From the NCBI GenBank assembly GCA_026388075.1, contig JAPLKN010000074.1, positions 1-61,116 of the forward strand: a DNA stretch of 61,116 nucleotides, in the 5' to 3' direction. This document shows, one piece after another, positions 1 through 12,400 of the stretch. Made by a program: the position numbers and the translations under genes. The DNA is from Elusimicrobiota bacterium (GTDB taxonomy: Bacteria > Elusimicrobiota > Endomicrobiia > Endomicrobiales > JAPLKN01). The first letter of the stretch is position 1, and every line of letters starts with the position of its first letter. Below the pieces are notes generated by a model, which worked only from the letters and a program-made list of their open reading frames with translations, searched no databases and had not been told where the DNA came from.

Positions 1-3000
1 ATTATTTACAAAATTATAATCATAACTTACCGATACTTGCGTCTTTTGCAGGCTCCCGTCCCAGCTATAGCTATTACCGTTAATAGTTGAGCTTGTATCG
101 TAGAAGTAATTTTCTTTCATTACAATTCCCGCAGTATTAACAGTACCATCAATTTTGGCAGGAGTTGTAATTTTTGTTTTTAAAACCGTTTGTCCGTATT
201 CAGAAGCACCCCCGTAAACATTTCTTTCTAGTACATTTTTTGAGGAATCATTATCATACGTAATGTTTATACCGATCTTTTGCAGGCTTCCGTCCCAGTT
301 AATAATGTTCCAGGGATGAGCTATACTTCCATCACTGCCGTTACCATCAAGATCGCCCGAACTGCCGGTCTCCGTAAAAGTAGTGCCATAACCATAGACT
401 TCAGTCCTGTTTTGAGAGTTATCGGTATAATTAACTTCAATCCCATTAACTAGAACGCTAAACTGAAGGCCTTCATGACGCAGCTGTCTTAAAACAAGCT
501 GATGATACGAAGCCAGGAGCGTCGCATCGCAATAAGTATAAATTTCTCTATACGATTTTGATTGATTGCCGTTAATACTATAATACAAAACGTCCATCTG
601 AGTTTTTTGCAGGCTCCCATCTGATGCCCTTGTATATAAATAAGTTTCAATCCTGTTTTCCGAGTTGTCTCCTCCCGAACCTATAAATACCATCTGACTT
701 TCTTTTATCTCGCCGCTAAAAGTACCGTAATTATAAGTTTCAGTGCCGTTTTGTATTCTGTTAAAATCATAATTTTTTGTCACCTTCCATGTCTGCCAAC
801 TGCCATCCGCCACTTTTACATATTGATGGGCCTCAGTTCTATCCTGGCTATGGTCAGCTTTATGAGAAACATCCAGATCAAAACCTTGGTAAACCATCGA
901 TGTCATAAGAGCTGAGTTGTATATTGTCATATCGCTTTCATAAGTAAAAGTTTTCGTATAGCTTTTTGCATAATCAATTGAATATTGAACATGAGCGGTT
1001 TCCATTTTTAGACTGCCGTCCGATTGGCGGTCAAAGGTGTAGGTCTCTGTCCTATCGTTTGAATTATCGTACAAACCATCATATACCAAATCCGTCTGAA
1101 CAAGTTCGCCTGAGGTTAAACCATAGAAATCATAAATATAAGTTTCGTTATAATCCTTAATCCAGTTTAGGTTATACCGCACTGAGGACCCTGTTTTCTT
1201 TAGGCTGCCGTCCGACTGGCGATCATATGTGTAGGTCTCTGTCCTCGCATCTGAATGGTCAGTAACACCGTCACTAAACTTCGTAGTTATTTCAACACTG
1301 CCATGCACAAGGCCGTATATAAAACTTTCATTGAAATCCTTTTGGGAAGTTAATGTATATCTGGTTTGAACTCCCGTCTTTTGCAGGCTCCCGTCCCAGA
1401 GAAATAGAAGTTCACCTGTTACTCCGTTACTGTTTATGTCCTGCGCAGCACCTTCCTTAACTGTCCTTGAATATGTATAGGTTTCAGTCCTGTCATTTGA
1501 ATTATCGGAAGTGCCGTCAAATGACATTACTGTCTGAACAAGCTCGCTTGAAACCAAGCCATAAGTGTAATTCTCAATATAATTTTTGCCCCAATCAACA
1601 ATATAATTGACAGAATTTCTTGTTTTCTTCAAACTGCCGTCGTCCTGGCTTGAATATAAATAAGTTTCAGTCCTGTTTTCCGATTGGTCAGAAGTTAGGC
1701 TGATATGTTTGCTTTTCTTTACGACTAGCTCGCCGGATATCATCACGTAACCGTAGAATTCTGTATAACTTTTTTGTAGTATCGCAGGTAAAGAAATATA
1801 AAATTTTATCGCGCTATATTCCACAGGATTACCGTTAACAACCTTTACATACAAGTCAGGTCCGGAGGCGGAATAACCGTTAGCGGCGGTAGCAAGCTCA
1901 TAACTGCCGGTATTATTTAAATCGCCGCTGCCTTTATAGACATAATCCGCACCAGTAGCAGAATCAATAAGCTTATATGCACCTGCCCCGTCAGAAACAG
2001 TAGTGGCTCCCATAAAACCAAAGTTTTTAATTGTTTGCACACTCATTGTGTCATTGAAATTGCTGCCTCCTTGTGAAAACCAAAAGTTTATACTCTGATT
2101 TTGTGAAATCGTATAAACTACCGAGACTTGAGTCTTTTGAAGGCTGCCGTCCCAGGTTATTAATTCATTCTGACTCGCATTCCCGTTTAGATCTCCGGTA
2201 GTCGCATTTTCCCGCAATGACCTTGCATACGTATAGGTTTCCAGCCTATCCTGTGAATGGTCAGAAAATAGCCCGACATATTCCATCCGGCTTTCTTTTA
2301 CCTCACCAGAAAACGTACTGTAACTATAAGTTTCAATCCCGCTTTTTTCAATCGTGTAAATATAATCTTTCCTTATTGTATACTTTCTCCAGCTTCCGTC
2401 CGCCACTTGAATATATGTATATATTTCATTTCGGTCCTGGCTGTGCTCGGCTAGATGCAATGCATCCTGGTTCAAACCCGCAATATCCATCTCAAGAACT
2501 TGAACAGTTCCATAGAGGTATATATTTGTTGAATATATAAGGGTTTTTCTATAATTCTTGCTGTAATCTTCTGTATAACGAACTTCCGTTATGGTTGATT
2601 TTAAAGTTCCGTCCACTTGTCTGGCATATTGATAAGTTTCTGTCCTATCTTCAGATTTGTTAACTAAACTTGTTCCGCTATGAGTCATCTCTGATATAAC
2701 AATTTCACCGGAAATAATTGAATATTTGTAGTTTTCAATGTAATCCCTGTGATTTGCAAATGATTCCTGAAAATATACAGGCGAATATATTTGGCCCGCT
2801 TTTGTATAAGTTCCGTCTCCATTGTTTATATAATTGTTGGCTAGAGTCGCAAGGACAAAAGAATTGCTCTCAAACACATAATCTATGCCATTTGAATTGA
2901 CAATTTTATACCCGTTAGCCGTTGGAATAGTAGTTATTCCTGATAAGATATAGGATTGAATTGTCTGCAGATTTATAGGAGTGCTTACTACTTGCGAAGA

Positions 3001-3492
3001 ATTCGAAATACAAGAAAATATGTTGCTAGAATAATCAAGCGGATAAGCTACCGAGACTCGTGTTTTTTGCAGGCTTCCGTCCCATGAAGCAATAATATTG
3101 CCGTTTGAATCTTTAATGTTTGTGCCAAATGTATAATCTTCTCTAACCGGGATTCCAACAGTTGCAGTTCCGCCATTGTTCATCTGATAGATAATTTTTG
3201 TTATTAGAACTGATTTACCGTACTCAGCAAGTCCTCCGTAAATACTTACTTCTAAAGTATTTTTTGCGGCGTCATTATCATAAGTAATTTTAATACCGAT
3301 CTTTTTTAAACTCCCGTCCCAGGCATAGGTTGTAACTCCGTCATTTAAATTTATCCCGTAAGTATAAATTCCCGTTCTGTCTTGAGAATGATCGATAAAA
3401 CTAGTGCCTGGAATGCACACTGCCGTCCGTAGACAGCTGCCTGGTATAAGTATAAATTTCAATTCTGTCATCTGATTGATCCGGATTCGCAT
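1..3492 (-). CDS. Partial CDS whose C-terminal part runs off the window at position 1. It holds about 1,160 codons of the same YD-like repeat protein as the giant ORF upstream, and is most likely that gene's out-of-frame continuation rather than an independent gene.
   Basis: Hand translation of the minus strand gives ..IPGTSFIDHSQDRTGIYTYGINLNDGVTTYAWDGSLKKIGIKITYDNDAAKN.. from 3420 downwards and ..DGSLQKTQVSVSYDYNFVNN at 60..1. Codon phase is identical at both ends (low coordinate = 1 mod 3). No stop-bounded minus ORF is listed in 1..3400, consistent with one open frame cut by the window edge. The in-frame ATGs at 3492 and 3471 have no Shine-Dalgarno. Confidence 0.7.
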   Translation of the reverse strand, partial: MRIRINQMTELKFILIPGSCLRTAVCIPGTSFIDHSQDRTGIYTYGINLNDGVTTYAWDGSLKKIGIKITYDNDAAKNTLEVSIYGGLAEYGKSVLITKIIYQMNNGGTATVGIPVREDYTFGTNIKDSNGNIIASWDGSLQKTRVSVAYPLDYSSNIFSCISNSSQVVSTPINLQTIQSYILSGITTIPTANGYKIVNSNGIDYVFESNSFVLATLANNYINNGDGTYTKAGQIYSPVYFQESFANHRDYIENYKYSIISGEIVISEMTHSGTSLVNKSEDRTETYQYARQVDGTLKSTITEVRYTEDYSKNYRKTLIYSTNIYLYGTVQVLEMDIAGLNQDALHLAEHSQDRNEIYTYIQVADGSWRKYTIRKDYIYTIEKSGIETYSYSTFSGEVKESRMEYVGLFSDHSQDRLETYTYARSLRENATTGDLNGNASQNELITWDGSLQKTQVSVVYTISQNQSINFWFSQGGSNFNDTMSVQTIKNFGFMGATTVSDGAGAYKLIDSATGADYVYKGSGDLNNTGSYELATAANGYSASGPDLYVKVVNGNPVEYSAIKFYISLPAILQKSYTEFYGYVMISGELVVKKSKHISLTSDQSENRTETYLYSSQDDGSLKKTRNSVNYIVDWGKNYIENYTYGLVSSELVQTVMSFDGTSDNSNDRTETYTYSRTVKEGAAQDINSNGVTGELLFLWDGSLQKTGVQTRYTLTSQKDFNESFIYGLVHGSVEITTKFSDGVTDHSDARTETYTYDRQSDGSLKKTGSSVRYNLNWIKDYNETYIYDFYGLTSGELVQTDLVYDGLYDNSNDRTETYTFDRQSDGSLKMETAHVQYSIDYAKSYTKTFTYESDMTIYNSALMTSMVYQGFDLDVSHKADHSQDRTEAHQYVKVADGSWQTWKVTKNYDFNRIQNGTETYNYGTFSGEIKESQMVFIGSGGDNSENRIETYLYTRASDGSLQKTQMDVLYYSINGNQSKSYREIYTYCDATLLASYHQLVLRQLRHEGLQFSVLVNGIEVNYTDNSQNRTEVYGYGTTFTETGSSGDLDGNGSDGSIAHPWNIINWDGSLQKIGINITYDNDSSKNVLERNVYGGASEYGQTVLKTKITTPAKIDGTVNTAGIVMKENYFYDTSSTINGNSYSWDGSLQKTQVSVSYDYNFVNN

Positions 3493-6400
3493 ATCCAGCA
3501 ATTATTTGGGCCTTGTTAACCATACTCTTTTGAATAACCTGGCCTAACGAAGCGTTGTATTCATATGTATATTTCTCAATTCGGCTTTGTGTTTTGTCAA
3601 ATTGATTAATAAAATCATCAAATACAGTAGATATTTTTTTAAGACTGCCACCCCATACAAAAGCATCCCAAGGAATAGCTGATCCATCGCTGCCGTTACC
3701 GTTTAAGTCGCCGGTAATGGCATCTTCCTGCAGTGATCTTGCATACGTATAGGTCTCAGATCTAACATAGGAACTATTAGCGCCTAGTCCGCAGTGGACC
3801 ATTTTTGTCTGTACAACGTCTCCTGATATAAAATTATAATAATATACTTCGTAATAATTCTTATCAGTTAGGCCAGGGTTGGGAGTAATACCGTTTAAAT
3901 TTACATATGTTACATCAGTTCTTGTTCTTTGAAGAGAACTGTCCGCTCCGGTTTGCCAATCGTAAGTGTAGGTTTCTGTCCAACACTGGGATTGATCCCA
4001 ATATTGAGTCGCGTTAATTGTGTATTGGTTAATATGTGTCTTATTTAGCTGAACTAGCTGACCGTAATATGTACCACCGCTACTGCTAAGACCGTATGTA
4101 TAACTTTCAGTATAATTATCTGCAATATTATAATGTGTTGCGCCGACTGAATAATCGCAATTCACTGAAGCTTTCTGAATTGATCCGTCTTCCGCTGTTA
4201 AATATGAATAAGTTTCGGTACGGCTCTCTGATTTATCGGTTACGCCGTCGTGAACCATTGTAACTAGCTTAATATTGCCTTGCCTAATGCCGTAAATATT
4301 GCTTTCATCATAATTTTTCTGGGAATTTAGCGTATATCTGACTTGAATCCCGGTTTTCTGAAGGCTCCCGTCCCAAGTAAAAGTAGTACCGGCTGAAGAA
4401 ACGCTATTTGCATGGGAATATGTCTCAAACCTGTCTTGCGAATGGTCAGAAATTCCGATATGCTTTTTTATATATTCAACAATTTCTCCGCTTTGATTTT
4501 GATACGCTATTGTTTCCGTATAACTTCTCGGGTCAGGGTCCAAACTTTTTATGGGATTAACATTAAAAAACATTGCGCTGTATGTCTTATTATCTTTAGT
4601 ATAGTATGCTGTACCTAAAGAACTATAGCCATTATCTGCTGTGGCAAGTTCATAACTATTTACATCATCAATAGGGCCACTTCCTTTGTACACATAGTTA
4701 TAAAGCTGATTATTATAACTACCTCTAAGCACATATGAGTTCCATGCACTCTCATAAACCGAGACCGCACCCTTATTAATAAAATATTCAATTGTTTTCG
4801 CAGTAATTGTTCCATTTATAGCTTGTTGTGCATATATTCCCGTAAAATTATTGTTTTGTTGCAAGTATGGCGGAATAGAATAGCTAACAGAAACACCAAC
4901 CTTTTGCAGGCTCCCGTCCCAAGAGTAAGTATCATTTGTGTCTCCGTCATTATTCAAGTCTCCGGAAGTATTTTCATCAACGGATCTTCCATAAACATAT
5001 CGTTCAATCCTGTCTTCTGAAGTGTCATTATAGCTAATGCCACCTACATCAAAGGAAAGACCTGTATGAATCATTGCAGTCATAACAAGCTGGTGATAGT
5101 TATTCCCGGCAGAGTCAAAAGTATCGAACAAATACTGTTCTCTATAATTGTTGGCAACGTTTACATCATAAATAACGTCAGTTTGGGTTTTTTGCAGGCT
5201 GCCGTCCGCCTGCCTTGTATAAGAAAAAGTCTCTGTCCTGTTTGATTGATATTGAGAATAATCGAAATATACTACTTGACTTTCCTTTATCTCGCCGTAA
5301 AACTTGGCATAGCTGTAGGTTTCTCTGCTATTTAGTGCTGTAGTATATAAATAATTTTTTTCTATCGTATTAATTTTCCAACTACCGTCTGCCACCTGTG
5401 TATATGTATAGGTTTCAACCCTGTCTTGACTGTGGTCCGCTATGTGTGCCCCATCCTGATCAATGCCGGCATATATTACGTTTGCTTCAAGTTCAAAAGT
5501 AGATCCGTATGTGTATGCGTCACTTATATAGCTAAAGCTTTTTCTATAACTTTTGTTATAATCGGTTGTGTAGTGAACCTGCAAGATTTGAATCTTTAAA
5601 CTGCCGTCAAACAGCCTTACATATTGATAATTTTCTATTCTGTCTTCGGATTTATCAACCGAACCGATATGCTCCATTTTTATCAGAGAAGTTTCTCCGG
5701 ATACTAGATCATAGGAGTAATTTTCAATATAACTTTTCGGGTCCGGCAATATTGGATTTACAAAGTAAATCACGCCGTGTAATGTAGAATCCGAAATCCT
5801 CATATATAACCTTTCTGGTTCAGGACCAACATCTACATACCCGTTGGCTAGGGTTGCGGCTTCATAACTGCTAGGGTCTTCAAAAGCACCGCTGCCTTTA
5901 TATACATATGGAACACCGGAAGCAGAATCAACAAGTTTTTGATAAAATCCTGCTGCAGCACCGCTGGCAGTAGCGCCCCGGCTAGCCAGGACTTGAATCG
6001 CTTCTCCTGGCATTGTTCCATCAATTTGGCCAGTGCCAAAACTAAAGCTATTGCTCTGATAAAAACCTGGAATGCCATAAGTTACTGAAACACTTATCTT
6101 TTGCAGGCTTCCATCCCATTCAGCAATAATATTGCCGTTTGAATCTCTAATATCTGTTCCGTACGTATAATCCTGTCTTTCAGAGTTTCCGCTGGCATTA
6201 ATTGTCCCGTCAGAATTTAGGGGTGTGGTAATTTTGGTTTTTAGAACAGCTTGACCAAACTCAGCAAGCCCTCCGTAAACATCCGTTTCTTGGATGTTCT
6301 TTGAAGAATTATTATCATATGTAATCTTAATTGCGGTTCTTTTCAAACTCCCATCCCAGTAGCTGGTAGTAACTCCGTCAGAACAATTTGTACCGTATGT

Positions 6401-9400
6401 ATAATCTTCTGTCCTATTTTGCGAGCCGTCAACAGAATTTGTATGCCTCAACTGTGTCATTACAAGCTGGCCCGGTTGTAAATCATAGAAATAGCTTTCT
6501 GTATAATTCTTAGCTGAAATTAAACTTTCCAAAGGATTGGAAAAAAATACCTGGCTATATCTTATTTGATAGGAGGTTTGAATGCCGGAAGGATAATAAT
6601 ATCCTGTCTTCCAGTAACGTCCGTTGCTTACATTAGCATTATAACCATTGGCTGCAGTCGCAAGCTCGTAACCCTTACCGTTCCATACATAATCAATATC
6701 AGTAGCTGAATCAATAAGCCTATAACCTTCAACTATACTTGCATTAATAGACCCTCTATAATAAACCGTAGTTGCTCCCTTTGCGATAAGGCTTTGAAGT
6801 GTTTCCCCGGACATTGTTCCGCTGTATTGATTATTATAAGTATCGTAATCGCAACCGAAATAAATAAAAGAATAATTATCCTTTTGATACGTATTATAAG
6901 TTACGGAAGCCTTAGTCTTTTGTAAACTTCCGTCGTCCGCTTGCCTTTCGTATTCATAAACTTCTGTCCTATCGTTTGACCTGTCTACATTTATGTTATT
7001 AGGATCATTAACATTGCCGGAATAGGGAAGTTGTTTATAGATCAAGCTTCTTTGCACAACATCACCTATCGAATTATCATATTCATATGTATATTTTTCA
7101 ATACGACTTTGCGCTTTATTAAACACATAATCAAAAACGGTCTGAGTCTTTTGCACACTGCCGTCCCAATTAAAAGTATCATTTGTATCTCCGTCATTGT
7201 TAAAGTCGCCTATGACTCTAAAAGCTTCAAGAGTTGTTGCCGTATTATAAGTGAATTGAACCGCAGGCCCATTAAATGTCAGGGAAATTTGGAATGCGTT
7301 GTCTGACTTATTTATAATATAGTATGTATAATTGCTGTGTATTCCTTCAGGCGTGAACACCCCGCTGAACTTCACCAAATCTCCGTTACTAAAATTGTGT
7401 TCAGTCATATTTATAACATTATTTACTCCGGAACTGACCGTGCAACTGCCTTCGTCTTTAAATTCAGAAATATTCGTTCCATAAGTATATGTCTCAATCC
7501 TTTCATCCGAACGGTTAATAACAGATCCTTCATGCATCATGGCTTCTAAAACCTGTTTTCCTGCTTCCATGCCATAACCAAATACTTCGTAATAATTTTT
7601 ATCACTAAGCTCAAAATTATTTGTTCTGTTCGAGTCCCTATTAATATATGTTACGTCAGTTCTTGTTTTCTCAAGTTTCCCGTTCCATGAATAATAATGA
7701 TAAAAGACGGAATTGTCATTACTAATTGTTGAAGATGTACCGTAAGTATAATTTTCTCTCCAGCACTGTGTCTGGTCAGAATATGTAGTTCCATTAATAA
7801 CGTACTCGTTTATATGTGTTTTGCTGGTCATTACCAGCTGATTGTAATTAATACCTCCGGCATTAAGACCGTATGTGTAGCTTTCAATATAATTCTTTGC
7901 GGTATTATAATGAGCGCCATTAGCCGAATAATCAACAGTTAATGAATCCTTTTGTATTGAACCGTCATCAGCAACCCTTGTATATGTATAGCTCTCGGTT
8001 CTGCTTTCTGATTTATCCGTAACTCCGTCGTGAATCATAGAAATCAATTCAAGGCTTCCCTGCTGTATTCCCCAGACATAGTTTTCTTCATAATCTTTAT
8101 TGTAATTTATTGTGTATCCTACCTGTGTTCCAGTCTTTTGAAGGCTTTCGTCCCATGTTGACGCCCCTACACTTCTTCCATATGAATAGGTCTCAATCCT
8201 GTCCTGCGAATGGTCAACAAGCCCTGTATGCTGCATCTTATATTGTGTTAATGTCCCGGATTGATTCTTGTAAGCTATAACTTGCGTATAATTCTTTGCG
8301 TTTGGAGGAAGTTTTGTTAAACCGTGGTCAAAATATATAGGGCTGGATGTTAATTGGCCAGCATGCTGATCGTAGTAATAACTGGTTGCAAGTTCGTAGT
8401 TATTCGGATCATAATAATCGCCGCTTCCTTTATAAACATATTCTAGCCCCGAAGCAGGATCAATAAGTCTATAATGTTTGCCATTATAACCATTTGCATC
8501 ATATACAATAGCTGCTCCCATTAAGATAAGCGCCTGTATCACAAGCCCTGACATTGTTTCGGATTTGGGGCTATTGTATGTAAAATCAAACTCATCGGTT
8601 TGGTAAAAGTCTGCAAGGTTAGAATAATTTACTGAAACTCTGGTCCTTTGAAGGCTTCCGTTCCAGTTATAGGGAGTAGTAGTACCATCGCTTTCGGTGA
8701 TAGTGGCACTCGTCCCGTATTCGTATTCTTCCTGATAGCATTGCGATTTGTCCGAATAATCTATACCGCCGATCGTGTATTTGCTTATGTGCGCTTTTGA
8801 TAACTGCACCAACTGGCCGTAATCTGTAGTTCCATCCGCGCTCTTTAATCCATAAGTATAATACTCAACGTAGTTATTGGCTACATCGTAACTTACTCCG
8901 TTTACTGAATAATCAACTGAAGCTGATCCTTTTTGTATTGTTCCATCCGCCGCTGTTATATAGGTATAGTTTTCAGTCCGGCTTTCTGATTTATCCGTTA
9001 CCCCGTCGTGAACCATTGTTATTTGTTCAACATCACCCTGGCGAATCCCATAGATATAACTTTCATCGTAGTCTTTCTGCGAATAGGTTATATGCCTTAC
9101 TTCAACATTCGTTTTTTGTAAACTTCCGTCCCAGGCATAAGGCGTTCCGCCTATATTCAGGCTTGTCGCATAATTGTATGTTTCTATCCTGTCTTCAGAA
9201 GTGTCTCCGCCGTTTGTCCCGATATGTTTCTTTTTGTACTCCACTACTTGCCCGTTTTGGTTTTGGTAAGCCGTTGTTTCCGTATAGTTCTTGTAATCCG
9301 AAAATAAATATTCTACCGATACTTCCGTTTTCTTAAGTGTGCCGTCCCAAGAGTAAGTATCAGTTGTATCTCCGTCATTGTTCAGGTCACCGGAAATAGC

Positions 9401-12400
9401 CTCATTTACCGAAGTGCCATAAGTATAATTTTCTATCCTGTCGTTTGAAGTGTCTGTATCCGTAACCACTCCTTCAGTATAAGAAAGTCCGTTATGTACC
9501 ATTAAAGTCATAACAAGCTGGTGATATGTAGATAACTGTACCGGATTGCAATATGTATAGGTTTCGTTATACGATTTCGCAGGCTCCTGCAAATAACTTG
9601 CTTCTGTCTCGATCCTCTGCAAACTGCCGTCTATCTGCCTTTCGTATTGGTAGGTTTCTGTCCTGTCCTGCGAACGATCGCTAGACAGCCCCTCATACAC
9701 TATCTGGCTTTCTTTTGTCTCGCCGTAAAAACTTGCATAGCTGTATGTTTCTCTGACACTTTGCGTTGTGACCTTTGTAAAAGATCTATCAATTGTATAT
9801 GTTTTCCAACTGCCATCAGCAGCTTGCGTATATGTATAGTCTTCAATCCTGTCTTTACTGTGATCGGCAATATACAAGGTATTGTCTTTCAAATAACCGT
9901 CCAGCCCCTGATAAGTTATTCTTGTTTCCAGCGCAGAACCGTAAGTGTTTACATCCCAGTACACAACTGACTTTGTATAACTCTTGCTGTAATCGGTTAA
10001 ATAATATACTGCTGAATTATTAATTTTTAGACTGCCGTCAGTTACTCTTTCATAGCCGTATATCTCTACCCTATTTTCTGATTTGTCCACCGAATTATAG
10101 TGTTCCATTCCCGTCATTACGATCTCGCTATCCTCAATCTGATACGCATAATGTTCATCGTAATTCCTTGAGTCTGCTGCGCCATAACTTACCGACGTCT
10201 GAATCTTTTGCAGACTCCCGTCCCAACTCAAATTAACAGGCGCTCCGCCTATAGATAAAGGTGAGCTAGAATCCAGTGTTATGTTAAACGAATTTCCATA
10301 TGTGTAGTCTTCCCTTTTAATTGATGCGCTCGTATTTACCGAACCGTCATAATTTAACGGCGTAGTTATCTTTGCCATCAAAACTACTCGTCCATATTCA
10401 ACAAGTCCGCCGTAAACTTCTGTTTCCTGAACATTCTTTGATGCGTCATTGTCATATACAGTGATGGTTTCTACCTTCTTTAAACTTCCATCCCAACTAT
10501 AGTCAGTGGTCCCATCAAAATAGTCTGTTCCGTATATGTAAGTTTCCGTTCTGTTTTGGGAATTATCGGTATAGATTTCGGTGCCAACTGTAAAAGATAA
10601 CCCCTGATGGCGCAGTTGAGTCATAACAAGCTCTCCGTAATTAGTGACAATATTTCCGCCGCCATCCCTAATTCCGATGTCAAAAGTGTATTGTTCTTCG
10701 TAGTTTCTTGCAATATTAAATGAATAAAATACTTTTGTATTTGTCTTTTGAATACTTCCGTCTTCTTCACTGGTGTACCCATAAAACTCTATTCTGTCGT
10801 TTGACCTGTCTACATTCGTATTGTTGGAATCGTTTACATCGCCTGAATACGGCAATCCAGAATATACCATGCTCCTTTGAACAACACTGTCCAGCGTATT
10901 ATCATATTCGTAAACAGTGTTTTCAATATGGTTTTGTGATTTGTTAAATGTGTAATCAAATACTGTCTGTATTCTTTGCAAACTGCCGTCCCAAATTATT
11001 GAATCATTGGTGGTCCCGTTTCCATTTAGATCGGTAGAATATTCTTGTATTGATGTGGCATATCCATATGTTTCTAGCCTGTCTTTAGAATGATCCTGTG
11101 TTCCGGTATACTTCATTTTATATTCAACTACTTTGCCGTTAATATTCTGATATGCTATATCCATACTATAGTTTTTAGGATCATCAGGTATGGTTGTTAA
11201 AGGATGGTCAAGATATACGGTTTCGCCCGCCTTATTAAACCAATGTCTTATCAGCCAAAAAATATCAGCAAGTGTGTAATTGTCAGGATTATTTATATCT
11301 GTTCCGTTATCTTTATACACATAAGTCATTCCTGATGCAGGATCTATAAGTTTATATTTGCCTGTAGTGCTGTCATATACCGCTGTCGCTCCTTTTGCAA
11401 GCAGTGCAAGAATTGCTGAACCCTCCATTGTCCCGTGTGCTGTGTATATAAGTCTATGGCTCCCAAAAGTGCCACTCCAATACTCAAAATAAAAATTGTT
11501 GTCCTGGTAAAAATACGGCAAATTGGAATATCTTACCGATACTTTAGTCCTTTGAAGGCTTCCGTCCCAATAATAGGTAGTAGTTGTGCCGTCATTTTCT
11601 GTAATAGTGGCACTTGTCCCGTATTCATATTCTTCCTGATAGTTCTGCGATGCGTCTACCTGGCCGTTAAGCTCATACGTGCTTATGTGGGTTTTGGTTA
11701 GCATTACCAACTGCCCGTAATCTATTGTTCTGTCTACATTCTTAAGCCCCCAAGTGTAATATTCAACATAATTCTTTGAAACATTGTAATTTACACCATT
11801 TACCGAGTAATCTACCGACATCATCGCTTTCTGCACCGAACCGTCTTCAGCATTCAAATAATATGTGTAACTTTCTGTACGGCTTTCTGAATCATCATAT
11901 ATCCCGTCGTGAACCAATACCGCAAGTTCCGTATCCCCCTGAACTATCTTGTAAGTGTATGTTTCATCGTAGTCTTTTTGCGAACTTACAGCATATCTAA
12001 CTTGCTGTTCGACCTTTTGTAAACTGCCGTCCCAGGTGGCAGCTCCCGCACTTCTTGCGTATGAATAGGTTTCAATCCTGTCGTTTGAATTGTCGTTAGT
12101 ACCAATATATTTTTTCTGCTTTTCCACTGCTATCCCTTCTATAGTCTGGTAGGCTGTTTTTTCTATGTAATTTTTTTGACTTGAAGCTGTATAGACGCAA
12201 GATGTTTGCGTTTTTCTAAGGCTTCCATCCCAAGAGTAAGTATCAGTTGTATCTCCGTCACCGTTCATGTCGCCCGAAACAATCTCATCAACTAAATTCC
12301 CGTAGGTATAGTGTTCTGTCTTGTCTTCCGAAGTGTCTGTAACTATGTTTCCGTTACCGTCTGTATATTGAAGCCCGATATGGCTCATCTCGGTCATCAC

